Assembly: GCA_964350615.1 (NCBI GenBank)
Contig: CAYGKF010000001.1
Location: forward strand, 1 to 27,356
Length of the DNA: 27,356 nucleotides
Source of the DNA: an uncultured Candidatus Saccharibacteria bacterium
GTDB taxonomy: Bacteria; Patescibacteriota; Dojkabacteria; SC72
Direction of reading: 5' to 3'
Shown: piece after piece, positions 1-9,864 of the stretch
Layout of the letters: every line of letters begins with the position of its first letter
Position numbering within the stretch: position 1 is the stretch's first letter
Notes under the pieces: generated by a model
Seen by the model: only the letters and a program-made list of their open reading frames with translations
Database searches by the model: none
Told to the model about the DNA's origin: nothing
Translations under genes and position numbers: made by a program

Positions 1-46
1 AATTATACTACATGTAAGTGTTAAATAAAAAGAATATATTGTAGTA

Positions 47-52
47 TATAAT
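47..52 (+). promoter_or_regulatory. -10 box TATAAT 5 nt upstream of ATG 58 (leaderless-type)
   Basis: Perfect TATAAT at 47-52; no SD before the ATG. Confidence 0.6.
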
Positions 53-57
53 TACAT

Positions 58-1194
58 ATGCCCATATTCAAAAAAAACAAAGGGGGAAAGAAAAGAAAAA
101 AACAGTCAGATCTAAAAGGCAAAGTATATATGCCCCAGAAAAAATCTTCCGTAACTGTTGAAAAAAGAAGAAAAAAAACTTCTTTTTTTAAGAGTTCCAG
201 TAAAAAAAGTTCTCCTAGAAGAAGAAAAAGTTTTAATATCTCTTATCTATTCTTTTACATTATTCTTCCTTTAATATTCATTGCCCTACTCTATATCTCT
301 ACCCTATTTATTATTAACATGAGAGGGAAGGGAGACAGGGAGGATTTGGAAATAGAATATGTGATTGGTTTAGAAGAGGTGCCTACCTATCCTGGTTCAC
401 AGTTCATTTTTCAGAATAATATTAATTCTGTGTCTGTTGCTAATTTTATTGGCTCTGGTAATTCTGCATACAGACTACCTTTAAACAAAACTGTATTGCA
501 AGCATATGAGTATTATGCAAAAATCCTCCCTGGTTTGGGTTGGGAACATGTCTTGTCTGTTGAGGTAGGTTCCGAGGAGATGAAGCAGGGAGAGTATTGG
601 GTAAAGGATAATAGTGGGCTAAGAATATATTCCAAATTTAATGATGTCTGGTATGAATTAATTAGTACAGAGCAGGCGGTTACAGGATTGAGGGAGAGAG
701 TTGAAAGAGAGATAGAGAGAGATTTGTTACTAGGTACTCAGGAGTTACAGGAGCTTCTTCCAGATTATCCTTGGGTAATAAAAATTCCGAAGGAATATAT
801 TATTTCTTATAGAACTTCCGATTACGATAATTTGAGGTTAGTTGAATTTAGAAAGATTGGTACTACAGAGTCTGTAACCGTTACTCCTGTTGGAGCAATA
901 GGTGGAGTTCTTGATAATTACCTAAGAGAGTATGTAGATATACTTAATAAGAGAGATGAACAAGAGAGCCAAGAAGGAGGAAATTGGGGAATCACGAATA
1001 CTACCCTTACACATACAACTTATGGTACAAGTCTGAAGGGAATTATTAGTAAAAATGGAGAGATTCATGATGTTATGGTTGTACAAAATCCGTATGATAA
1101 AGTTGTGTATGTCATTCATTCAAATAGTACAGACAACCCTTTCTTCGAATATGTATTTTCTAACATGGAGCCACAGGGGATGCGAAGAGATTAA
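58..1194 (+). CDS. Hypothetical single-pass membrane protein with a very basic K/R/S-rich N-terminus
   Basis: 378-aa ORF; 24 K/R in the first 59 aa, then one hydrophobic helix (ISYLFFYIILPLIFIALLYISTLFII), then a globular region. No family recognised. Confidence 0.8.
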   Translation: MPIFKKNKGGKKRKKQSDLKGKVYMPQKKSSVTVEKRRKKTSFFKSSSKKSSPRRRKSFNISYLFFYIILPLIFIALLYISTLFIINMRGKGDREDLEIEYVIGLEEVPTYPGSQFIFQNNINSVSVANFIGSGNSAYRLPLNKTVLQAYEYYAKILPGLGWEHVLSVEVGSEEMKQGEYWVKDNSGLRIYSKFNDVWYELISTEQAVTGLRERVEREIERDLLLGTQELQELLPDYPWVIKIPKEYIISYRTSDYDNLRLVEFRKIGTTESVTVTPVGAIGGVLDNYLREYVDILNKRDEQESQEGGNWGITNTTLTHTTYGTSLKGIISKNGEIHDVMVVQNPYDKVVYVIHSNSTDNPFFEYVFSNMEPQGMRRD

Positions 1195-1196
1195 AT

Positions 1197-2726
1197 TTAA
1201 CCCTGAGTCTGAGTTCTATTCTCGTCGTTGTTGAAATACTCATGTATACGAGATGATACCTTTTTATTTTTTATTACTTCGTTTATTTCATCTACCTTTG
1301 CTTCTTTAATATTCTGTATATTTTTAAAATGTATAAGTAATAATTTTCTTCTTTTATCCCCTACTCCAGGTATCTTACTTAATTGAGATGTTTTTGAATC
1401 TCTAATTCTTGCTTTTCTATGATGAAGAATGGCAAATCTGTGAGCCTCATCTCTAAGGTCTATTAGTATTGAGTTGTTTGTAATGTCAACTCTCTTGATT
1501 GTATGTGTTTGTTTTTTGTCATTACTGTTAACAACTAGCCAAAATTCATCTGTCTGTTTACTCCCTTTTCTTTTTAACCTCTTTCCTTTAGATATACCAA
1601 GTAGGTGTGTGCCACTGGGTATTGTACTTTCTACTAATGGGAGCAGTACAGAGAGTTGTGTTTTGCCTCCATCTATTAAAAGAAGATCTGGAATTGCAGA
1701 GTTTTTATCTTTATTTTTTTTATCAAATCTTCTCTCTAGAACCCTCCTTAGCATAGCAGGATCATTTACTTCTTTTATGTCATCTACTTTAAATATTCTA
1801 TATTGATCCCTTCTTATTTCTCCATCTACGGCAACTACCATAGAACCGTAGGACTGTTTTCCTTGAATGTTAGATATGTCATAGCATTCTATTCTATTGA
1901 GTTTTTTAAAACCTAATTCGGTTCTAAGATCGTTAAACTCTTCTATTAAAACCCTCTCTCTTCTTTCTTTGTATGTTTGTTCTGTATCATCTGGTAGAAG
2001 GTCAATTCTTTGTCCTAGGTATTTTAAATCATTTATTCTGTCTCTTAATTGAGCTGCTTTTTCGAAATCCTTTCTTTTAGAATATTCATACATACTCTTT
2101 TCCATTTCCTTTATTTGTCCCCTTTTTCTACCCTTTAGAAACTTAATAATCTCGTTAATATTCTTTCTGTAATCTTCTTGGGTGATGTGACCTTGGTGGG
2201 GTCCTGGACATAGTCCTAAATGAAAGTAAAGACATTCTTTACTATTTTCTTTTTTACAAGTACAAAAAGGGTAAGTTTTTCTTAGATATGTAAAGATTCT
2301 TTTTGTTGCAGAACTATTGGGATATGGTCCAAAGAGTTGTCCATTTTTAAATTCTTTGTTATTTATTTTTCTAACAATTTTTACAGTAGGGAATTTATCT
2401 TTGGTAGAGATGTATATCCAAACGTATGACTTGTCATCTTTCTTGTCGGAATTGTAAAAAGGTTGATGTTTTTTAATTAATACAGATTCTAAAACTAATG
2501 ATTCTATTTCATTGTTTGTTTGTACAATTTCTACATCAAATATCAATGGAATCATTTGCTTAATACGTGGTCTGTCGTAGAGGTCACTAGAGAAGTAAGA
2601 CTTAACCCTGTTTCTAAGGTTAGTAGCTTTACCAATGTAAAGTATTTTTCCTTCTTGGTTTAAAAATTTGTAAATTCCAGGACCTTGGGGAAGAAGGTCT
2701 ATTTTGATTTTAAGAGAATTGTTCAT
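1197..2726 (-). CDS. uvrC: Excinuclease ABC subunit C
   Basis: GIY-YIG motif (PGIYKF...ILYIGKATNLRNRVKSYF), UVR motif (DFEKAAQLRD), RNase H-like domain (RIECYDISN, LLLIDGGKTQL, DLRDEAHRFA) and HhH (IPGVGDKRR). Confidence 0.97.
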   Translation of the reverse strand: MNNSLKIKIDLLPQGPGIYKFLNQEGKILYIGKATNLRNRVKSYFSSDLYDRPRIKQMIPLIFDVEIVQTNNEIESLVLESVLIKKHQPFYNSDKKDDKSYVWIYISTKDKFPTVKIVRKINNKEFKNGQLFGPYPNSSATKRIFTYLRKTYPFCTCKKENSKECLYFHLGLCPGPHQGHITQEDYRKNINEIIKFLKGRKRGQIKEMEKSMYEYSKRKDFEKAAQLRDRINDLKYLGQRIDLLPDDTEQTYKERRERVLIEEFNDLRTELGFKKLNRIECYDISNIQGKQSYGSMVVAVDGEIRRDQYRIFKVDDIKEVNDPAMLRRVLERRFDKKNKDKNSAIPDLLLIDGGKTQLSVLLPLVESTIPSGTHLLGISKGKRLKRKGSKQTDEFWLVVNSNDKKQTHTIKRVDITNNSILIDLRDEAHRFAILHHRKARIRDSKTSQLSKIPGVGDKRRKLLLIHFKNIQNIKEAKVDEINEVIKNKKVSSRIHEYFNNDENRTQTQG

Positions 2727-2732
2727 ATATGG

Positions 2733-2741
2733 ATTATACCA
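2733..2741 (-). promoter_or_regulatory. Extended -10 (TGG-TATAAT) 6 nt upstream of the uvrC ATG
   Basis: Minus strand reads TGG TATAAT CCATAT ATG. Confidence 0.65.
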
Positions 2742-2758
2742 GCTCTACTATACTGTTT

Positions 2759-5700
2759 TTAAAACTTCTTTAGCCATTTTTTTGTTTGTTGATTGTTTGC
2801 TATTGTTTTATTTAGAATAACTGTATTATTGGTCTCTCCATCATTAACGATAATCTTAACAGGAATATTTCCTTCAGAATTTTTAATATATTCCTTTAGA
2901 GAAGCAATTTCTTCTTCTGTATGTAATGGGGTAATTCTAAATGTTATTCCGTCAAATTTAGAAGAGTGTTTTTTTTCATCTACATATTTAGCTTTTTGAA
3001 CTATTATGCTTTTTTGGCCATCTCTTACATTTATTCTTCCTGCAATTAGCATAGGTTTATTCTCTGCTAAAGCATCTTTAATTTCCTTATATGTTCTGGG
3101 AAATACCACGGCTTCTGTTTTAGCAGTTTTGTCCTCTATTGTTAAAAATGCCATTACATCCCCTTTTTTGGTGGTAATTTTTCTAACTTTAGTTACCATT
3201 ACTCCTAATACTAAAAGATCGTTGTTCTTTTTGTCTTCTAATGCTTCTGTTAAATTAATTGCATTTCTTTTTTCGAAAAACTCCCGTAGGTTGTCTAAAG
3301 GATGACTAGAGAAATAAAGGCCTAGGAGTTCTTTCTCCCATTGTAGTATTTGAGGTGTTTCCGCTTTTATGTCTGAGGGAAGGGAAGTTTTTTCTATTGT
3401 TTGTTTTTTATCACCATTTCCATTCATAGAATTATTCATAGCAAAGATGTCTATCTGACCCATCTCTTCTGTTTTTCTTGTTGATTTTGCTCTTTCGTAT
3501 ATGTCGCCTACTATGTCAAGTAGTGCTCCTCTATCTCCAAAGGCATCCATTGTGCCTGCCATAATGAGATACTCTATGGCTTTTTTATTTACCTTGTCAA
3601 AAACTCTGTGCACAAAATCATCTAGGTGTAAATATTTTCCATTTTCTTCTCTTTCCTTTACAACATCTTTAACTAGTTCGTTGCCTACATTTTTGATACC
3701 ACCTAAACCAAACCTAATGCTTCTTTCGTCTTCTACGTTAAAGTAAAAGTCGCTTTTATTAATGTCAGGAGGTAATACCTCTATTCCTAATCTTTCACAC
3801 TCTCCTAGGTCTAAAATTACTCTGTCGAATTTGTCAAGATCCCCTTCTAAGAGAGCAGCCATATATTCTAATGGATAATTGGCTTTAAGATATGCTGTCC
3901 AATAGGCTATAGTGGCATAGGATGCACTGTGTGCTTTATTAAAACCGTAATTGGCAAACTGAAGAAGTTTTTCCCATATTTCTTCCATATCTTCTTTCTT
4001 ATGTCCTTTTTTTACACCTCCCTGAACAAAGGCTGGCTTTTCTGCTTTCATTACGTCTAATTTCTTCTTTCCCATTGCCCTTCTTAGAATGTCTGCAGCT
4101 CCTAGAGAGTATCCTGCTACTACCTGGGCTATCTTCATAACCTGCTCTTGGTAAGAAATAACTCCGTTGGTAACCGAAAGTATAGGTTCTAAGTCCTTTA
4201 TTATGTAGTCTGGTTTTTGTTTTCCCTTTTTAACATCAGCATAATCTGAAATGAATTGCATAGGACCAGGTCTATATGCAGCTAGAATGTATGATATGTC
4301 CTCCATAGTTTCGGGTTCTAGCATTCGAATTGTTCTTTTCATACCTTCACTTTCTAATTGAAAAAGGCCTACAGTATGTCCAGATTTAATAAGTTTGTAT
4401 GCCTTTTCGTCATTTGGGTCTATGGTTACTAAGTCTATTTTCACACCCTTTCCTTCTTCGATCTTTTTAAGGGCAGATCCAATGATATGTAGGTTTCTAA
4501 GTCCTAGAAAGTCAAACTTCATTAAACCTACAGATTCTATATCTGACATTTCGTATTGACTCATCCCTATACCTTCTCCATGAGCATCTCTTTGTATTGG
4601 AACGTAATCTACTACTGGATTTGGAGTAATGATTACACCACACGCATGAGTAGAGACTCCTCTACAGAGCCCTGAAACTTTTCTTACAACCTCTGCTAAA
4701 TGTCTTGTTTTATCTGTAGATCTAATTATTTGGGCAAATTCAGGGTTATGCTCTAGCATATAGTCTATGCCTTTAGTTTTACCAAAAACTATCTCAACCA
4801 TTTTAGAAAGCTCATCTGCTATTTCTAAATCTACATCTATTACCCTTGCAACATCTCTAATTGCTTGTCTGGTTTGTAGTTTACTGAATGTTCCTATTTG
4901 TTTTACATTCTCTATTCCATACTTTTCTATTGTGTAGTTCATAACCTCATCTCTTCTTTTATCTGCAATATCTATGTCAAAATCTGGAGGGCTAGGTCTT
5001 TCAGGATTAAGAAATCTCTCAAAGTAAAGCTCCCAAGATATTGGCTCTATGTCAGTAATTTCTGTTGCATACGCTATTACAGAACCACATCCTGAACCTC
5101 TCATACCAACTACAATGTCATTGTCTTTGCAGAATTTTATAATATCTCTAACAACGAGGAAGTAGTCATCGTAACCTTTGTCATGAATTATTTTAAGTTC
5201 GTAATCAGCTCTTTCTTTGAGTTCTTTAGTTGCTCCTCCATATCTATTTTCAAGCCCCTCGTATGTAAGTTCTTTTAAATAATCTTTGGCAGTTTTGTCT
5301 TTAGGAAGATCTGGGAAAGGTATTTGTACTCTACCAAAGGTAATGTCATACTCTTCTATTCTTTCTGCTATCTTCTGAGTGTTCTCAATAGCCTCTGGAA
5401 TATCTTCAAACAACTTCTCCATCTCTTCTGGAGTTTTTACATAAAATTCATTAGTGGGCATCCTTCTTCTTTCAGGATCATTTATGGTGTAACCATCACT
5501 TATACACCAAAGAATTTCTTGGATTTCTGCATCCTCTTTGTTTAGGTAGTGAGAGTCGCAAGTAGCTACTAATGAAAGGTCTAATTCTTTAGCTACTTTA
5601 ATTAAACCTTCATTAACAATTTCTTGTTCCTCCATTCCATTTCTCTGAAGTTCAATATAGAAATTATCTTTAAATAATTTCTTGTATTCCTTTGCTCTTT

Positions 5701-6163
5701 CTAGAGCTTCAGGATAGTCGTTGTTTAATATAGGTTGACTGATTGGACCTGCTAAACAAGCAGAAAGAGCAATTATTCCTTCTGTATATTTAGCAAGTGT
5801 TTCTATATCTATTCTAGGTCTGTAATAGAAACCTTCCATATGTGCAATGGAAATAATTTTCATAAGGTTTTTATAACCCTCCAGGTTCTTAGCAAGTACA
5901 ACTAAATGAAAATATTCATTGTCTATTCCAAACTCTTTTTTATCCATACTTCTAGGAGCAATATATATTTCTGCCCCTATAATTGGTTTTAAACCCTTAG
6001 CTTTCATTAAACTTTGAAATTTGTACGTACCATACATATTGCCATGGTCTGTTAGCGCACATGATTTCATCCCAGACTCTTCTAGTTTTCCTATTAACTC
6101 AGGAATTCTTATAGTTGCGTCCAACAATGAGTATTCCGTATGTAAATGTAGATGTGTAAACAT
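2759..6163 (-). CDS. dnaE: DNA polymerase III subunit alpha
   Basis: PHP motif HLHLHTEYSLLD, RGSGCGS, FERFLNPER, catalytic PDFDID, FANYGFNKAHS and a C-terminal OB fold (MAFLTIEDKT). Confidence 0.98.
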   Translation of the reverse strand: MFTHLHLHTEYSLLDATIRIPELIGKLEESGMKSCALTDHGNMYGTYKFQSLMKAKGLKPIIGAEIYIAPRSMDKKEFGIDNEYFHLVVLAKNLEGYKNLMKIISIAHMEGFYYRPRIDIETLAKYTEGIIALSACLAGPISQPILNNDYPEALERAKEYKKLFKDNFYIELQRNGMEEQEIVNEGLIKVAKELDLSLVATCDSHYLNKEDAEIQEILWCISDGYTINDPERRRMPTNEFYVKTPEEMEKLFEDIPEAIENTQKIAERIEEYDITFGRVQIPFPDLPKDKTAKDYLKELTYEGLENRYGGATKELKERADYELKIIHDKGYDDYFLVVRDIIKFCKDNDIVVGMRGSGCGSVIAYATEITDIEPISWELYFERFLNPERPSPPDFDIDIADKRRDEVMNYTIEKYGIENVKQIGTFSKLQTRQAIRDVARVIDVDLEIADELSKMVEIVFGKTKGIDYMLEHNPEFAQIIRSTDKTRHLAEVVRKVSGLCRGVSTHACGVIITPNPVVDYVPIQRDAHGEGIGMSQYEMSDIESVGLMKFDFLGLRNLHIIGSALKKIEEGKGVKIDLVTIDPNDEKAYKLIKSGHTVGLFQLESEGMKRTIRMLEPETMEDISYILAAYRPGPMQFISDYADVKKGKQKPDYIIKDLEPILSVTNGVISYQEQVMKIAQVVAGYSLGAADILRRAMGKKKLDVMKAEKPAFVQGGVKKGHKKEDMEEIWEKLLQFANYGFNKAHSASYATIAYWTAYLKANYPLEYMAALLEGDLDKFDRVILDLGECERLGIEVLPPDINKSDFYFNVEDERSIRFGLGGIKNVGNELVKDVVKEREENGKYLHLDDFVHRVFDKVNKKAIEYLIMAGTMDAFGDRGALLDIVGDIYERAKSTRKTEEMGQIDIFAMNNSMNGNGDKKQTIEKTSLPSDIKAETPQILQWEKELLGLYFSSHPLDNLREFFEKRNAINLTEALEDKKNNDLLVLGVMVTKVRKITTKKGDVMAFLTIEDKTAKTEAVVFPRTYKEIKDALAENKPMLIAGRINVRDGQKSIIVQKAKYVDEKKHSSKFDGITFRITPLHTEEEIASLKEYIKNSEGNIPVKIIVNDGETNNTVILNKTIANNQQTKKWLKKF

Positions 6164-6181
6164 ACAAATGTTGCCCCAATT

Positions 6182-6190
6182 TGATATACT
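6182..6190 (+). promoter_or_regulatory. Extended -10 (TGA-TATACT) 8 nt upstream of ATG 6199
   Basis: TGn + TATACT seen directly. Confidence 0.5.
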
Positions 6191-6198
6191 AAACTATT

Positions 6199-6918
6199 AT
6201 GCCAGAAAACATGCCTAAAAAGTCAAATCATTCTGTAGTAAATAGAATAGTTAACTCCAATATTATTAGAGTTGCTTTTGTACTACTATTATTTGGTCTA
6301 TATATTTTCTTTTTATCTCCAAAGGTGGAAGCTGTTTTAACAGATAATATATCTTCTTTAGTTAGAAAAAGCTCTGTTGTTAAAGTAAATTCTCTTACTC
6401 CAATATTTGATATGCATGTTTATGCAGGAGAATATAATCTTTCTTCTTCACAGGCTCCTTCCTCAATTACAAGTAAAACAAAGTTTTTTACCCTAGATCC
6501 TAGAATATTAGCTATGAGTAAATTTTTACATGACTACCAATCTCCAATGGTACAACATGCTGAATTATTCATAGTTGAAGCAGATCGTCACGGTCTGGAT
6601 TGGAGATTAATAGTTGCAATATCTGGAGTAGAATCTGCATTTGGAAATCTAATCCCTAGAGGCTCACATAATGGTTGGGGCTGGAGAGGAAGAAATGCTG
6701 ATGAGAGAGGATGGAGCCAATTTGAAAATTGGGATGAAGCAATTATACATATAACAGAGAGGATGGCTTTAGGGTATGGGACTGACCTTACACCATACGA
6801 CATAGAGAGTACATACTGTCCTCCTTGTGGAGCTACAGGACTTCACCTTTGGGCAAATGGTGTAAATCGTTTTATGAATGAGTTAGAATATTACGTAAAT
6901 AATCTAGAAAGTCTTTAA
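6199..6918 (+). CDS. Membrane-anchored lysozyme-fold / glucosaminidase-like cell-wall hydrolase
   Basis: N-terminal TM helix; LDWRLIVAISGVESAFG (putative catalytic Glu), NGWGW, FENWDEAI; CxxC (YCPPC). Start could be 6211. Confidence 0.7.
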   Translation: MPENMPKKSNHSVVNRIVNSNIIRVAFVLLLFGLYIFFLSPKVEAVLTDNISSLVRKSSVVKVNSLTPIFDMHVYAGEYNLSSSQAPSSITSKTKFFTLDPRILAMSKFLHDYQSPMVQHAELFIVEADRHGLDWRLIVAISGVESAFGNLIPRGSHNGWGWRGRNADERGWSQFENWDEAIIHITERMALGYGTDLTPYDIESTYCPPCGATGLHLWANGVNRFMNELEYYVNNLESL

Positions 6919-6920
6919 AA

Positions 6921-7208
6921 ATGTTAAAACTAATAATACGCCTCGCATACTTTGTAGTAATTTTAATAGAAGCTCTTGTTTTAACAAGAATTATTCTTTT
7001 AGTAATAAATGCAAGCACTCAGAATGCATTTGCAAGCTGGGTATTAAGAACAAGCTCTATGTTTGTAGAACCTTTTGAGGGAATAGTTGCAACTTCTCTT
7101 CAGGTTAATAATTTTACCCTACCATTAACACCTTTAATTGCATTACTTTTCTACATTATTTTCGCTTTTGTACTCTCAGAATTACTAAAATCCTTCTCTA
7201 GAGAATAG
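6921..7208 (+). CDS. YggT family membrane protein
   Basis: 95 aa, hydrophobic, with the RIILLVINAS...N.FASWV...S..FVEPF.GI pattern typical of YggT. Confidence 0.8.
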   Translation: MLKLIIRLAYFVVILIEALVLTRIILLVINASTQNAFASWVLRTSSMFVEPFEGIVATSLQVNNFTLPLTPLIALLFYIIFAFVLSELLKSFSRE

Positions 7209-7216
7209 GGTTAATG

Positions 7217-7225
7217 TGGTATAAT
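7217..7225 (+). promoter_or_regulatory. Extended -10 (TGG-TATAAT) 7 nt upstream of ATG 7233
   Basis: TGGTATAATAGCTCTTATG seen directly. Confidence 0.65.
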
Positions 7226-7232
7226 AGCTCTT

Positions 7233-7967
7233 ATGGCTAGAATAGACCTGAAGAGTAGCTCCGGTTTCCCAGTAATATATGATGGAGAAGAGCTATTAGT
7301 AAAGGATTTTTCCTTTAAAAGTAAAAAAGACATTACTATTGATGATATTAGGACTCAACTTCTAAATAAGGAATTAAATTGTCCTGACATTTTTTATACC
7401 AAATACAAAGAATTAGATAACAACAATATTTACAAAGATAAGGGTATTAAGGTTAATTTTTATACACTCCAACCTAACCTTGCTGGTATAGAGTATGTAA
7501 AAACAAGAGCAACTAAGTCTGAAAAGTACCCTAGAATTTTTGATTTCGTATACGGTGGAGCTACAGTTTTACTACAAAAGTATAGTGGTGTAAGAAAAAA
7601 TCGTGTTATTAAGATAAATGTAAAGAAAAAAGACAAAATAATAGTTCCTTCTGGATATGATATTGTTGTTGTCAATACAAGACAAAACTTCAACCTAGTA
7701 TTCGTAGAATACCATAACGTTAATGCAAAACCAAAGGTAGCCCTTGATGAAAGAAACGGTTTAGCCTATTATATTATTAGAAAGAATGCCAAACAAGAAA
7801 CTGTCCGTAACCCTAGTTACAAAATGATTAGTAAACTAGAAAAAATAGATTGGGACAGTGTGAGAAATGAGTATGGTATAACACCAAAGACACCTATTAT
7901 TAAACAAATAATGAGGAAATATGAAAAATTTGACTGGTTATTTAAAGAAGATTCTGTTCAAATATAG
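7233..7967 (+). CDS. Cupin-type (archaeal-like) glucose-6-phosphate isomerase homologue with degenerate metal site
   Basis: LAGIEYVKT, GGATVLLQK, IIVPSGY...VNT and GLAYYI match the cupin PGI scaffold, but the GHxH/E/H ligands are absent. Confidence 0.7.
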   Translation: MARIDLKSSSGFPVIYDGEELLVKDFSFKSKKDITIDDIRTQLLNKELNCPDIFYTKYKELDNNNIYKDKGIKVNFYTLQPNLAGIEYVKTRATKSEKYPRIFDFVYGGATVLLQKYSGVRKNRVIKINVKKKDKIIVPSGYDIVVVNTRQNFNLVFVEYHNVNAKPKVALDERNGLAYYIIRKNAKQETVRNPSYKMISKLEKIDWDSVRNEYGITPKTPIIKQIMRKYEKFDWLFKEDSVQI

Positions 7968-9864
7968 TTTACTAGGACTTTTTTCCATTATTCTTGTTTT
8001 ATTATTATCACTTTTTTCTCTTTTAACCATTAACCCTCTTCTAGCTACAGATAATTTCCAAATATCTACAAATTTTGAGCACACATTAACTCAAGATAGT
8101 GTAAAAACCAATGTTATTATGCATATTCAAAGTGACTCTCCTAGGGTTATCTCCTACTATACTGCAACCATAGACTTGGAACAATTAAGAGTTGAATGCA
8201 CTAATTTTGAAACAAGAGAAACTTTAGAATGTACAACCTTTAATAGAGGCTCCTCTACTGAAATATTAATTAATTTAAATAACTCTGTAGTAAGACCAGA
8301 TAACCCATTGCAAGTTTTACTCTCCTACAATACCCCTCGCGGAGAAGATTCAACCTACAATCTTACTTCACAGGTATATGATACTACTACCAATTCTGTT
8401 TTAATTAGGTATCCAAAAGAGTTAGGGGAACCATTATGGACATCTGACCCTGTACAAAATATTAGAGTGGTAGGAGAGAATTTTGAGGCATTAATTAACA
8501 AACCTACCTATTCTAGAATCTCTCTTCTGTTTGGAGAAAAACTACTCTATGGATTTAATATAAACAAAGTTTTCTCAAACACTCTTGGACATGAAAACCA
8601 AACCTTTGAATTATATGTACCCACAGACACACCTACACAAACAGTGATATGGGAAGAAATTTCTCCACTACCAAATACAGCCTTAAAGGATGAGGATGGT
8701 AACTATATTTTTAAATATATTGTAGAACCAGAACAGACCATTGACTGTAATATTTCTGGATATATACAGAAAACAGAAAGTTTAGGATATGACGGTACTA
8801 TTCGATCTTTTTTAACTCAAAAAACAGGTTACTGGTCAATTAATAATAATACTGAATTTAGAAGGATTAACACCTTTCTCATAAAAAAAGGTCTTAATAT
8901 TGAAAACAGTTTTGATGATGTAGAAGGCTTAGAGAAAAATGAGAAAGAACTTTTTTATAAATATATATATCAATATGTCATTGACAGATTAAATCTTGAT
9001 AAAGAAGTACCTCTAGGAATAGGTGTACAACCTCGTTTAGGTGCAAATACTCTTACGGACTCACCCAATAAAGCCAGTAGTATTGATTACGCTGATTTTT
9101 ACATAGCTTTACTTAGAGGATACAACGTCCCTAGTAGATTAGTAGTTGGTTATATTTCTAATATAACAGGTTATACTTCAGATGGCTTTTATCATCACTG
9201 GGTAGAATATTTAGATACTAATACAAACAAATGGGTAACAGCAGACCCATTTTTAGAGGAATATTTTGAAAAAAATCTCTTTGGTAGTCCCTTCCTAGAT
9301 CATCTTGTAATTTTAAGAAGAGGTAAATCAGCAGTAGCTCCTAAGATCTCATTCTTTCAGGAGATAGATTTTGTAGTAAGGTCTGAAACTGAAAAAGATA
9401 TTACTCCTAAATTTGAGGTTAACTCTAATCTTTCCTTTAAGGGTTACAAGATCACAGATAAATTTGTGAAGGGATATATTCATATTTCAAATAGCGGCAA
9501 CATTGCTATTAATGAATATAATATTTCTAAATCTAATATTGAGAATATTTTAAGCTATTTAGACCCTGTTAACAATTTACAATCTACAATTGTACTTCCA
9601 AAACAAAATAATACAATTCAATTTAATATTCCTTATGAAGAAATTAATTCTAGTAATATTTTTGTAAATATACAGTATAGTAATCTTAATACTTATAAAA
9701 AAAATGAAACACTTGAGACAAAGTTAGAAGAAATAACTCCTTTATACCTTTCACTTCTTTCCAAAGCTCTCTCTGTATTAATTTTTGGTGTATTTATTTT
9801 TCTGATATACTTTTTAGTACTAACAGTTAGAAAAATTTTAATTAAAAGGAAACAAAATGGATAA
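7921..9864 (+). CDS. Transglutaminase-like domain membrane/secreted protein
   Basis: Signal peptide; DYADFYIALLRGYNVPSRLVVGY, HHWVEY and WVTADP; C-terminal TM helix. Confidence 0.85.
   Translation: MKNLTGYLKKILFKYSLLGLFSIILVLLLSLFSLLTINPLLATDNFQISTNFEHTLTQDSVKTNVIMHIQSDSPRVISYYTATIDLEQLRVECTNFETRETLECTTFNRGSSTEILINLNNSVVRPDNPLQVLLSYNTPRGEDSTYNLTSQVYDTTTNSVLIRYPKELGEPLWTSDPVQNIRVVGENFEALINKPTYSRISLLFGEKLLYGFNINKVFSNTLGHENQTFELYVPTDTPTQTVIWEEISPLPNTALKDEDGNYIFKYIVEPEQTIDCNISGYIQKTESLGYDGTIRSFLTQKTGYWSINNNTEFRRINTFLIKKGLNIENSFDDVEGLEKNEKELFYKYIYQYVIDRLNLDKEVPLGIGVQPRLGANTLTDSPNKASSIDYADFYIALLRGYNVPSRLVVGYISNITGYTSDGFYHHWVEYLDTNTNKWVTADPFLEEYFEKNLFGSPFLDHLVILRRGKSAVAPKISFFQEIDFVVRSETEKDITPKFEVNSNLSFKGYKITDKFVKGYIHISNSGNIAINEYNISKSNIENILSYLDPVNNLQSTIVLPKQNNTIQFNIPYEEINSSNIFVNIQYSNLNTYKKNETLETKLEEITPLYLSLLSKALSVLIFGVFIFLIYFLVLTVRKILIKRKQNG

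Noticed and set aside
1197-2726. UvrC shorter than the roughly 600-aa norm
   Set aside because: All functional motifs are present; a compact linker region is not evidence of a pseudogene.
2759-6163. Intein or split in dnaE
   Set aside because: Length (1134 aa) and motif order are normal; no intein signatures seen.
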